A stretch of 24,000 bases of DNA, taken from NCBI GenBank assembly GCA_003116855.1, contig BEWT01000016.1, positions 28,183-52,182 on the forward strand, given 5' to 3'. A program made the translations under genes and the position numbers. The DNA is from Desulfurococcaceae archaeon AG1 (lineage in GTDB: Archaea > Thermoproteota > Thermoprotei_A > Sulfolobales > AG1). Positions within the stretch are counted from its first letter, which is position 1. Every line of letters begins with the position of its first letter. Below, piece after piece: positions 8,729 to 15,956 of the stretch. Below the pieces are notes generated by a model. It had not been told where the DNA came from. It searched no databases and saw nothing but the letters and a program-made list of their open reading frames with translations.

Positions 8729-9625
8729 ATGGAGCTACATATAAGTGATATAGCTGGCTCATCGCTAGCCTCACTGGAATACATACCATTAACCCTATAC
8801 AGAGCATATGCCCTAGCGCTTGTCATATGGGTATGGTCCGGTGATATAGATCTTAAGGGCTGTGCTACATGTCCTTGGGGCTCGCTCTATGAGGATAGAA
8901 AGTCCCACGATCTCGTCAGTATAAGCATGAGCTCGATCGTTAAGAGGGCTAAAGAGCTAGGCGTAGATATAGTCTTTCTACATGGGGGAGAACCGGTATC
9001 TAAACCTTGGCTACCTTCTCTAATAGATAGGCTAAAACTCCATGGAATAAAACTAGGGATCAAGGTGAGAGCAGAAATGATAGAGAAACGGGTTAATATA
9101 TCTTCTCTAGGACTTGTCGATGCAATATTAGTAGAGATCCCCTCATGGATATCTGGAGATCTCTTAAAGAAGGTTCTCTACGAAAATATATTGAGCATTC
9201 TAAATAAGGAAGATCTCTATATAGAATTGCTATTAACCGATGTATATCTAGAAAAACAGCTATCAGAAAAACTGGTAGAGCTAAACAGATTCCTAGAGAC
9301 GCTGCCTAGAACCAGACAACCTGTACCAATAGGTCTCCAAGCGCACGGGTTAGAAGAGAGTAAAATACTAAGCCTGGTCAGCATGATTAGCAGAACATGT
9401 AATGGGGTGTGTTATGTTATTGAATCTAACACTAAGATCTCTCCGGAAGAGATAAAATGCCCCAGATGCGGAACCATAGTTGCTAGAAGAAAAGGTATAA
9501 TCGTGATCCCTGCCAAGCCTGACAGTGCAGAGTGTCCCAGATGCGGTGGTAGGATATTCAGCCTAGAGCCTCACAGGGTTAGAAGAACAATACCCGCACT
9601 ATCACCGGTATATATCGAGCGATAA
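8729..9625 (+). CDS. Hypothetical protein: radical-SAM-activase-like core with an incomplete Cys motif, plus a C-terminal double CPRCG zinc ribbon
   Basis: The 298-aa ORF has GCATCPWG where PflA/QueE-like enzymes carry GCxxxCxxC. About 40 residues later comes FLHGGEP (a GGE SAM-binding-like motif), followed by alternating beta/alpha segments. The C-terminus has IKCPRCG...AECPRCGG. Confidence 0.6.
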   Translation: MELHISDIAGSSLASLEYIPLTLYRAYALALVIWVWSGDIDLKGCATCPWGSLYEDRKSHDLVSISMSSIVKRAKELGVDIVFLHGGEPVSKPWLPSLIDRLKLHGIKLGIKVRAEMIEKRVNISSLGLVDAILVEIPSWISGDLLKKVLYENILSILNKEDLYIELLLTDVYLEKQLSEKLVELNRFLETLPRTRQPVPIGLQAHGLEESKILSLVSMISRTCNGVCYVIESNTKISPEEIKCPRCGTIVARRKGIIVIPAKPDSAECPRCGGRIFSLEPHRVRRTIPALSPVYIER

Positions 9626-9735
9626 TATATTAACAGGAAATAGATCCGAAATTAATTCCGCAATAGCCCCTACAACGCACCCAAAAGAACATAAATAGTA
9701 TCTATGCGGTAAACGCAATATATAAAGGAGAAAAC

Positions 9736-9891
9736 ATGCCGCGAAAGAAGAGCATCCCGATAAGCCTTTCATACTTGGAGATAGCTTTCCTAAGCCCGAC
9801 GATCCGCTGGGATCTTAATCGTTTTCACCTAGATATAAGAAGATACAAAACCTACAGGATCATTACTAATAGATCCAGACATTTTCAATGA
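9736..9891 (+). CDS. Candidate small basic ORF (51 aa), unknown function
   Basis: ATG at 9736 is preceded by AAGGAG (9725-9730) at 5-nt spacing. It encodes MPRKKSIPISLSYLEIAFLSPTIRWDLNRFHLDIRRYKTYRIITNRSRHFQ, ending in TGA at 9889-9891. It is below the length of any ORF listed in the supplied track. I recognise no family. Confidence 0.2.
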   Translation: MPRKKSIPISLSYLEIAFLSPTIRWDLNRFHLDIRRYKTYRIITNRSRHFQ

Positions 9892-9915
9892 GTAAAACTT
9901 GGGAGTTATAAAGAA

Positions 9916-10365
9916 TTATGAAGAAACAATGTCACGCGTGGGATGAACACGCCAATTAACATTCTTATATGGTATATTTAGAAAACGTGCCACGAGTTCT
10001 ACAAGCCTTCCATATCTCGGATTACCCATGCTTAGTCTGAGCTTTAGCTTTTCATATTTAGCCCTTATCAGCAATCGACCCTTCTCATCGTATATCTCAA
10101 TAAATCCCTTTACCCTACGCTTTGGATTCATCACAAGATCTACCTGTACATAGAGCTCACCATCCCTAGGCTCTAAAGAGATCTCATTAGCTTTGCCAAC
10201 AGCATATAAGGGAGAAGTAGAGGATCTCGGGCCATCCGCGATCATAACTTTCTCACCCCTAATCACAAGAGGTATTCTTCGCATCTTATGGAGGCCTCTC
10301 CTACTCTCAGACCTCTCCTCACATAGGATCAAAACCCTCTCCTTTCTATGAGGCTTACAAAACAC
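9916..10365 (-). CDS. Hypothetical protein (beta-rich, basic), no recognisable family
   Basis: The 149-aa ORF starts at GTG 10365, which lies about 20 nt downstream of a TATA-like GTAAAAAT (10381-10388, minus strand) and so fits a leaderless start. An alternative ATG is at 10284 (MRRIPLVIRGEK...). Confidence 0.55.
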   Translation of the reverse strand: MFCKPHRKERVLILCEERSESRRGLHKMRRIPLVIRGEKVMIADGPRSSTSPLYAVGKANEISLEPRDGELYVQVDLVMNPKRRVKGFIEIYDEKGRLLIRAKYEKLKLRLSMGNPRYGRLVELVARFLNIPYKNVNWRVHPTRDIVSS

Positions 10366-10753
10366 ATGCAGCGCCCGTGTATTTTTACCAGGGGAGTTGA
10401 TATCTATAGATCTAGCGGATTAGTAGATTAGCACAAGAACCAAAATCTGTTAGGTGAGTCTATGACACATATATAGTGAGTATATACTTAAACCAATAAA
10501 TCATCAAAAACTTTGTAAGCCTATATCTATAGAATAACAAGAACTTAATAGAAACCGGGTATATAGTTATATACCTTTATGAGAATAGAAACACGATATT
10601 TAGGTTTGTCGATGACATGGTATCGTATATGTTGTCTGTCAAGATAGCTATAATATCTTGAAAATTAACATGACTTTAGCATGTAATGATCTATGTAGGT
10701 ATATGGGCGAACTCAGATTAAAAACACTATAAGATGATTAGTATCGATGACCA

Positions 10754-12352
10754 CTACCTACCTATCAGCTGGCTTACCAATGTCTTCTCAGACCTTTTCT
10801 TCTCTTCATCTATAGATAATACTATCTCGTTGTAACTCTCTATCTCTTCTTCGATCTTTGAAGCTTTCCACTTAGCATATTCTATAAACGCCTTCAACAA
10901 TAGCCTTACCATAGTGTACTTAGGTCCCTTCATATAGAACCTTTCTATTATATCCTGCCCCCAGTATATAGAATGCCATAGAGCTTTCCTCATAGCCTCT
11001 ATATGGGCTCTCGTGAGCTTTAACCCCTTAATGCCTGACTTCTTATCGGATTTCAGAGCCCCCATTGGAACAAAGATCATTGGAACAACGATGCTCCTAT
11101 ACTTCCTTATTCTATCAAGAAGCTCCACAGTCTTCCATACGTCATCCTCTGTTTCTCCTGGAAGCCCTAGAATGAAGGTTGCAGCAGGTATGATTCTCAG
11201 ATCATGCATGATTGCAAAGGCCTCCTCAGCTACTTCGGGGTACTCTTCAACCCTGAAGGGGGAAGCCTTTGCTGGCATTATTATCTTAGCAAGCCTGGGC
11301 GAGCCTGTCTCAAGCCCCACCTCAACCCCTATATAATCCTGCTCGCTTTTTGAAAATACTATATCCATCAGCTTCGTCATCAGTTTATACCTTCTCTCAG
11401 CAACAACAACTGCTGCTAGTGATGCATGGCTCCATGCTATTGTCTTATAGTGCTTGAGAGCCATGTTATGCAACTTGATCAATGGCTCGGGCTCTGGTAT
11501 AACTCCCTGGGAACCATATAAAAGGACATCATCACTGTGGAGGATCCCGTGCACTATTCCATGTCTCACGTTAACCATGATCTCCCTCTCGATTTTTTCG
11601 AGGGGATAGTGTCTCAGAGTCTTCAGAGTGACAGAACAGAAACTACACCCCCTTGGACACCCCCTCATGATCTCGACAAGCCCATTGATACTAGGATATC
11701 TTATCTCAGGTATTTCCTCGATCTCCGGTGCCATGTTAGCGCCAACAAATATATAGTTAGGAACATCCCTACCCTCAATGAGATCTCTTACTACTGGTGT
11801 GATCACCCTCTCAGCCTCTCCATCAATAACCACATCAACGCCAAATTCCTTCCACAAATCCGGCTCCCAGAACCACTGCCACGCAGCAGGCCCTCCAGCA
11901 ACTATCTTGAGACCCTTAGCCTTAGCTCTTCTAATCGATGGTCTACTCATTAACTTAATAAAACTCTTCCTATTCACAGGCTCACGGCCTGTTATGAGCC
12001 ACCACTCAGAGCTCGGAGGACCGAATGCGAAGTAATCGTGATGCCCTACCATGAGCACCTTGGCTTTATCGATATACCTATCAATATAATCGGGATCTAT
12101 TACAGCAGCGTTAAATCCACTTTCAAGAAGCTTTGCCTCCACCTTCCTAAGACCATAGCTTGCAACTAAGGGCCTACCATATTTATCAACCTTAGGTTTG
12201 GGGCAGCACAGATACATCCAGAGGAACTCTGGGAGACCAACGCTTGGGCTCGTGGACATGAATCCTATGAACTCCTTACCATGATGATCTGTCATCATTG
12301 TCCTGTCTGTAGTGATTATTATATCAAAGCTCGTTTTCCCCATATCGTTCAT
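10754..12352 (-). CDS. Radical SAM enzyme with an N-terminal B12-binding-domain-like (Rossmann-like) module
   Basis: The 532-aa ORF has the CxxxCxxC triad in MRGCPRGCSFCSV at mid-protein. About 220 residues of alpha/beta N-domain precede it (VLMVGHHDY, LKIVAGGPAA), and VGLETGSPRL and FILGLPGETEDD are typical of this class. There are only five Cys in total. GGTGG sits 4 nt upstream of ATG 12352, and a TATA-like ATATTTATAC lies further upstream. Confidence 0.8.
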   Translation of the reverse strand: MNDMGKTSFDIIITTDRTMMTDHHGKEFIGFMSTSPSVGLPEFLWMYLCCPKPKVDKYGRPLVASYGLRKVEAKLLESGFNAAVIDPDYIDRYIDKAKVLMVGHHDYFAFGPPSSEWWLITGREPVNRKSFIKLMSRPSIRRAKAKGLKIVAGGPAAWQWFWEPDLWKEFGVDVVIDGEAERVITPVVRDLIEGRDVPNYIFVGANMAPEIEEIPEIRYPSINGLVEIMRGCPRGCSFCSVTLKTLRHYPLEKIEREIMVNVRHGIVHGILHSDDVLLYGSQGVIPEPEPLIKLHNMALKHYKTIAWSHASLAAVVVAERRYKLMTKLMDIVFSKSEQDYIGVEVGLETGSPRLAKIIMPAKASPFRVEEYPEVAEEAFAIMHDLRIIPAATFILGLPGETEDDVWKTVELLDRIRKYRSIVVPMIFVPMGALKSDKKSGIKGLKLTRAHIEAMRKALWHSIYWGQDIIERFYMKGPKYTMVRLLLKAFIEYAKWKASKIEEEIESYNEIVLSIDEEKKRSEKTLVSQLIGR

Positions 12353-12467
12353 TAAACCACCTTCTATCCGTATAAATATGCTATAGACCTTATAAGATTT
12401 GACATATTGGTTGTTCCTCTGCTTTTAGATCATAGATCTCTAACCGTATAGGATCGTTCAAAAAGAT

Positions 12468-12578
12468 CTAAATATCCTGCTGCAGCTGGGATTCGGGCTT
12501 TGTTGAGGTTGATATAAAAATATCAGCCGCTCTTCCCTCGGCTTCCTCGACCTCGGGGCTCCTTCCATCGGAGCCCAT
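12468..12578 (-). CDS. Candidate 36-aa ORF with a strong Shine-Dalgarno, upstream of and co-directional with the radical SAM gene
   Basis: On the minus strand, GAGGTGGAGGT (12586-12596) lies 7 nt upstream of ATG 12578. That is the same SD-to-start spacing as the gene at 12930. It encodes MGSDGRSPEVEEAEGRAADIFISTSTKPESQLQQDI, ending in TAG at 12468-12470. It is too short to appear in the ORF track. It may instead be part of an sRNA. Confidence 0.25.
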   Translation of the reverse strand: MGSDGRSPEVEEAEGRAADIFISTSTKPESQLQQDI

Positions 12579-12914
12579 ATACTCTACCTCCACCTCTTCG
12601 GGACGATCCCAACCAACAGTTCTCCTTAACAGATTTCTTCTGACTTGCTATGCTCTCACAGAACCGGACTTAATATCAATCCATATAAACCCTCATGAAA
12701 ACAGAAACAATCGGCTACGGCTAAACAAGCCAACGATCTATAGTGAAACATAAGTTCCCGAGCTATGGGTTTTTAAAGGCTACATATGGATCACGATACC
12801 ACTATTTGCTAGATCACCATATTATTGTTTCTTAGTATAGCACTAACCTAAGACCGAGTATGAGTAACTGGCAGAGGTATATATATAGCCCTAAGTTATA
12901 TATATCCCTAGCTT

Positions 12915-12922
12915 GGAGGTGA
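12915..12922 (+). promoter_or_regulatory. Shine-Dalgarno (GGAGGTGA) for the 12930 gene; TATA-like elements upstream at about 12866-12878 and 12894-12907
   Basis: GGAGGTGA is complementary to the archaeal 16S 3' end (..AUCACCUCC) and lies 7 nt before GTG 12930. Confidence 0.5.
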
Positions 12923-12929
12923 AGAAGCA

Positions 12930-13226
12930 GTGGAGTTCTGTCCAAAGTGCGGAGGCATAATGATGCCTTCAAGAAAGGGGGATAGCGTGAGTCTTAAGTG
13001 TAGCAAGTGTGGCTATGAAAAGAAGGCATCTGAGGATATGCTTAGAGGGTATACAATCACTAGAGAGACTGATAGAAGCCTTAGGGTTAAGACTACGTCT
13101 AGGATCAGCGAGTCGAGAGGAACATCAAGAAGCATTGAAGAGCTAGAGCAGGAGAAAGAAGAGTATTATGAGATCTTCCTAGACCTTGTTGAGAAAGAGG
13201 AAGAGCCCGAGCAGCCCGAAGAGTAG
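12930..13226 (+). CDS. Zinc-ribbon protein resembling only the N-terminal domain of TFS/RpoM (RPB9-like), with an acidic C-terminal tail
   Basis: The 98-aa ORF starts MEFCPKCGGIMMPSRKGDSVSLKCSKCGYEK, the CxxC-x17-CxxC pattern of TFS N-terminal ribbons. It has no second (TFIIS-type) ribbon. The C-terminus is EELEQEKEEYYEIFLDLVEKEEEPEQPEE. Confidence 0.65.
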   Translation: MEFCPKCGGIMMPSRKGDSVSLKCSKCGYEKKASEDMLRGYTITRETDRSLRVKTTSRISESRGTSRSIEELEQEKEEYYEIFLDLVEKEEEPEQPEE

Positions 13227-13235
13227 CTATCCATA

Positions 13236-14504
13236 TTACTCAGAGAAGAACCTATCCAGCGTGGTTTGCGTTCCCGAGTATCTATCAACCCTGATCAGAT
13301 CCTTAGCCATCAGCTCCTCTTTCACTAGAGATATAGCCTCAAGGAGGCTTCCTGGTTTATCAGGGCTCCTCATAAACGACCTCCTAACAGTCTCCCTAAT
13401 ATGCCAGTTACCTACAGATGCATAGTAGCGAGGCGTTATCTCCCTAATAACTATTATAGATGCTCTCCTACCCCTTCTATAAAGGTTCTCCAGAACAGCC
13501 AGCCTCGCTGCCTGATAACCCCCATCCATATACACTGCTTCTCCTGATATCCCCTCTCTATTCCTTATAATGATCGGTTTCCTTGCTATACCTGTGAATA
13601 TCGTATTTGGATGCCAGATCTCTATCCACTCATAGCTATAAGGTCCTGGGTATAGGATCACCCAGAACCTGTTACCGAGATACTCACACCTATATAGCTC
13701 CACACTATCAATGCTATCCATACTCCTTATCTCTCTATGGATCTTCATAGCTATAGTTGTATCAACAGCTGTTATAGCCCATCTAGTCGGAACGATCCTT
13801 CTGTTCTTTGGGAGACCCAGTAATCCAAATGATAGGGCTCTCTGGATAGTATAGATCGATACCCCCTGTTTATATAATCTCCATATAGCTTCTGAAGCCT
13901 TTAGCTCATCATTATATATCTTCTCAATCTCTCCCGGAACTTTGGGATTGCTACCTATATTCACACTCTCAGCAACAGCTATGAGGCCTTGGGGAGGCGT
14001 TCGTGGATCTAGAGGTATAGTAGGGCTTGAGATGGACTTGATCTTAGCCTCGGCATCAACCGGGCGTGAAGAAACCATCGCAAATGGAATCTCAACCCTA
14101 TATAGATCTTTATAGTTTCTCGCACTAACCCTCAATAGTGCAGAAACCATGCTCGATCTCAGCTCGATGATCTCCTCAAGACTCTTAGTACCCCACCAAC
14201 TTTCAGGCGAATCATAGATAGCAGCATTATCAGCACCAACACCTGGTGGTATGCCAACCAACACAGGAACCTCTGGGTAGCCACTCTCCCCTACCAAGCC
14301 GCTAGGAGGTGTTGCACCAGAAACACTAGAACCACGGATCCTCACATATGATCTGAAGTGCGAACTGAATCTAATCATCAATGGGCATTTAGGAAGCCCG
14401 CATAGTTTTCTATAACCCTTACACCTAACACAGAGGAGGGGCGAGATCTCTTTACCCATATCAGCGAAGTGAATCTCCATATGCGTATCTAAACCCACCA
14501 TCAT
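13236..14504 (-). CDS. nreA: NreA-like archaeal DNA repair protein (DUF650/DUF651, COG1602 type) with a C-terminal PCNA-interacting PIP box
   Basis: The N-terminal Cys cluster LLCVRCKGYRKLCGLPKCP, a length of about 420 aa, and the C-terminal QTTLDRFF (13245-13268; Qxx[LIM]xx[FY][FY]) followed by SE-stop all fit this family. The longest ORF starts at TTG 14522. ATG 14504 lies 25 nt downstream of the TATA centre, which fits a leaderless start. ATG 14459 is also possible. Confidence 0.7.
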   Translation of the reverse strand: MMVGLDTHMEIHFADMGKEISPLLCVRCKGYRKLCGLPKCPLMIRFSSHFRSYVRIRGSSVSGATPPSGLVGESGYPEVPVLVGIPPGVGADNAAIYDSPESWWGTKSLEEIIELRSSMVSALLRVSARNYKDLYRVEIPFAMVSSRPVDAEAKIKSISSPTIPLDPRTPPQGLIAVAESVNIGSNPKVPGEIEKIYNDELKASEAIWRLYKQGVSIYTIQRALSFGLLGLPKNRRIVPTRWAITAVDTTIAMKIHREIRSMDSIDSVELYRCEYLGNRFWVILYPGPYSYEWIEIWHPNTIFTGIARKPIIIRNREGISGEAVYMDGGYQAARLAVLENLYRRGRRASIIVIREITPRYYASVGNWHIRETVRRSFMRSPDKPGSLLEAISLVKEELMAKDLIRVDRYSGTQTTLDRFFSE

Positions 14505-14523
14505 ATATAACTCTGTGAGCAAG

Positions 14524-14533
14524 CTATATATAT
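14524..14533 (-). promoter_or_regulatory. TATA box (ATATATATAG on the minus strand) for the NreA-like gene
   Basis: The element is centred about 25 nt upstream of ATGATG at 14504-14499, the usual archaeal TATA-to-TSS distance for leaderless mRNAs. Confidence 0.4.
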
Positions 14534-14816
14534 CCGATCCCTAGCAGTATAACTAGTTATAGTTGAGGATACATATACGCTTAATACAGACCACGAAATC
14601 TAGGCATTATTACAACTATACCCAGTAATAACAGCTACAGCCTGTGTTTTTAAGCCAGCTGTTTAGGTCGTTAAAGTAATACCAATGTTATGGATAGGTA
14701 TATTTGGACAAAAGATAAACTCAGGATCTTATGAACCTACATTTAAACGACGAATCAAGGCATTATGAGTCGATTATTTAAGATAAGTATGTATAGTATA
14801 TCTGGGTTCGAGGTAT

Positions 14817-15122
14817 TTGGCTATTAAGAAGATCCATTATCTTGATATGCTGGGTCTCGCAATCAACGGGCTTTTAAAGACTGTTAAGATGGAGAACTGT
14901 ACTAGTAAGAACTCAAAGATCCAGAAATCAAAAATAATAGGTATAACTAATCAGGGAGAAGAGCTAGAGACGGACTGCATAGAGTATCAGAGGATAGTCA
15001 GGACATGGATAATAATAAAGCATTACGAGAAGTGGAGCAAATATATAGTTATAGAGGGTGGAGAGACAAAGACCGCAGATTTCGATATAGAGCCTAATGC
15101 TGAAACACAACAAAATATATAG
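14817..15122 (+). CDS. Hypothetical small protein (orphan), in an AT-rich island
   Basis: The 101-aa ORF starts at TTG, about 22 nt downstream of the TATA-like TAGTATAT. An alternative ATG is at 14847. It is Lys/Ile/Glu-rich and I recognise no motif. Confidence 0.35.
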   Translation: MAIKKIHYLDMLGLAINGLLKTVKMENCTSKNSKIQKSKIIGITNQGEELETDCIEYQRIVRTWIIIKHYEKWSKYIVIEGGETKTADFDIEPNAETQQNI

Positions 15123-15149
15123 TGATCCCAGAGTTAGACTTGTAATAAC

Positions 15150-15743
15150 TTAGAGCCGTGTAACTATATATCCATAGGTATCGAACCAGTTTTTACCTGA
15201 GGTGTAGAGTTCTAGAAATCCTTTCGGATCTATCTCGAAAACCTTCCCCCGATCTACATGTAATATATATATATGATCAAGCCTAGCCTTCATGATGTCC
15301 TCAATACTAAGGGGAGGATTTTTATAATAAGCATTGATTATATCACTGAGTTGTTTCACTTCTTCAACACTCCTTTCAGAAGGGTTTTTAAGCAGGGCAG
15401 GAGGTATTGGGGGTAAATAGTATATGGGGAACGCTAATACGAATTTATCGCTATGAGCACTATACCTAGCAGCCTTACCAATAATCCTTGCCCTTAGATA
15501 CTCAACAGGATCTACAGAGTGTTCAGCAGGTGTAAAGCCCGTCTCGATCTCAACTATAGTCTTGCTACCATTTTTGGTAGCCACCACATCAGCAACCAAA
15601 CCTCCAAGAGGAGATTCAACATCTACATCCTCATAACCCTCCTCCAATAGGTGGGCTGCTACCAAGATCTCCATTACACTGTGGTTTACCGATATAGATC
15701 TTCTTTTATTAAGATCATATAGCTTTAATGCAAGATTGATCAA
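15150..15743 (-). CDS. Hypothetical protein with an Hjc/Mrr-like PD-(D/E)xK nuclease-fold N-terminal domain (E-x-E variant) and an unknown C-terminal domain
   Basis: The 197-aa ORF contains MEILVAAHLLEEGYEDVDVESPLGGLVADVVATKNGSKTIVEIETG. This parallels the Hjc pattern E...L...G..V......DIIA.KNG....IE.K, but reads VEIET where Hjc has IEMKS. It starts at TTG. The frame is open for 34 more codons upstream with no canonical start. Confidence 0.6.
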   Translation of the reverse strand: MINLALKLYDLNKRRSISVNHSVMEILVAAHLLEEGYEDVDVESPLGGLVADVVATKNGSKTIVEIETGFTPAEHSVDPVEYLRARIIGKAARYSAHSDKFVLAFPIYYLPPIPPALLKNPSERSVEEVKQLSDIINAYYKNPPLSIEDIMKARLDHIYILHVDRGKVFEIDPKGFLELYTSGKNWFDTYGYIVTRL

Positions 15744-15956
15744 ACGGCCTTTATACTCTTTTGGGATGTTATCGAACTTGCCTGTATATGAGATGAGTGT
15801 TAAAAGAAGCCCTTCTTCTATTAGAAAGCCCCTACGATAGTCTAATCATACGCAGTATATATTGAATACGTATTGAATGATATCATAGATCCAGGTTGGT
15901 TGTTTTGGTAGCGAGACATCGTCTGTGAGCTGGTTAATGTAAAATGATCTGTGGTA

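Noticed and set aside
7922-8807. ORFs 7922-8104(-) and 8469-8807(-), overlapping prs and the start of the next gene.
   Set aside because: They are antisense shadows. The second is very hydrophobic and Cys/Tyr-rich and spans an intergenic promoter region.
10366-10753. The AT-rich 388-bp spacer might be a replication origin.
   Set aside because: I saw no ORB or mini-ORB-like repeats (TCCA...TGGA type), no orc1/cdc6 gene nearby, and only short weak word repeats.
11013-12035. Plus-strand ORFs 11013-11336, 11537-11953 and 11778-12035, inside the radical SAM gene.
   Set aside because: They are antisense to a gene with a clear CxxxCxxC core, and are Ser/Pro/Leu-rich shadows.
12472-12750. A plus-strand frame of about 93 codons, open through the spacer's G+C-rich block.
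   Set aside because: It contains no in-frame ATG, GTG or TTG and is Ser/Thr/Leu-rich. It is probably a shadow of the minus-strand signal.
13186-13425. A 79-aa plus-strand ORF overlapping the 3' ends of the TFS-like and NreA-like genes.
   Set aside because: It overlaps two better-supported genes, partly out of frame and partly antisense, and has no motifs.
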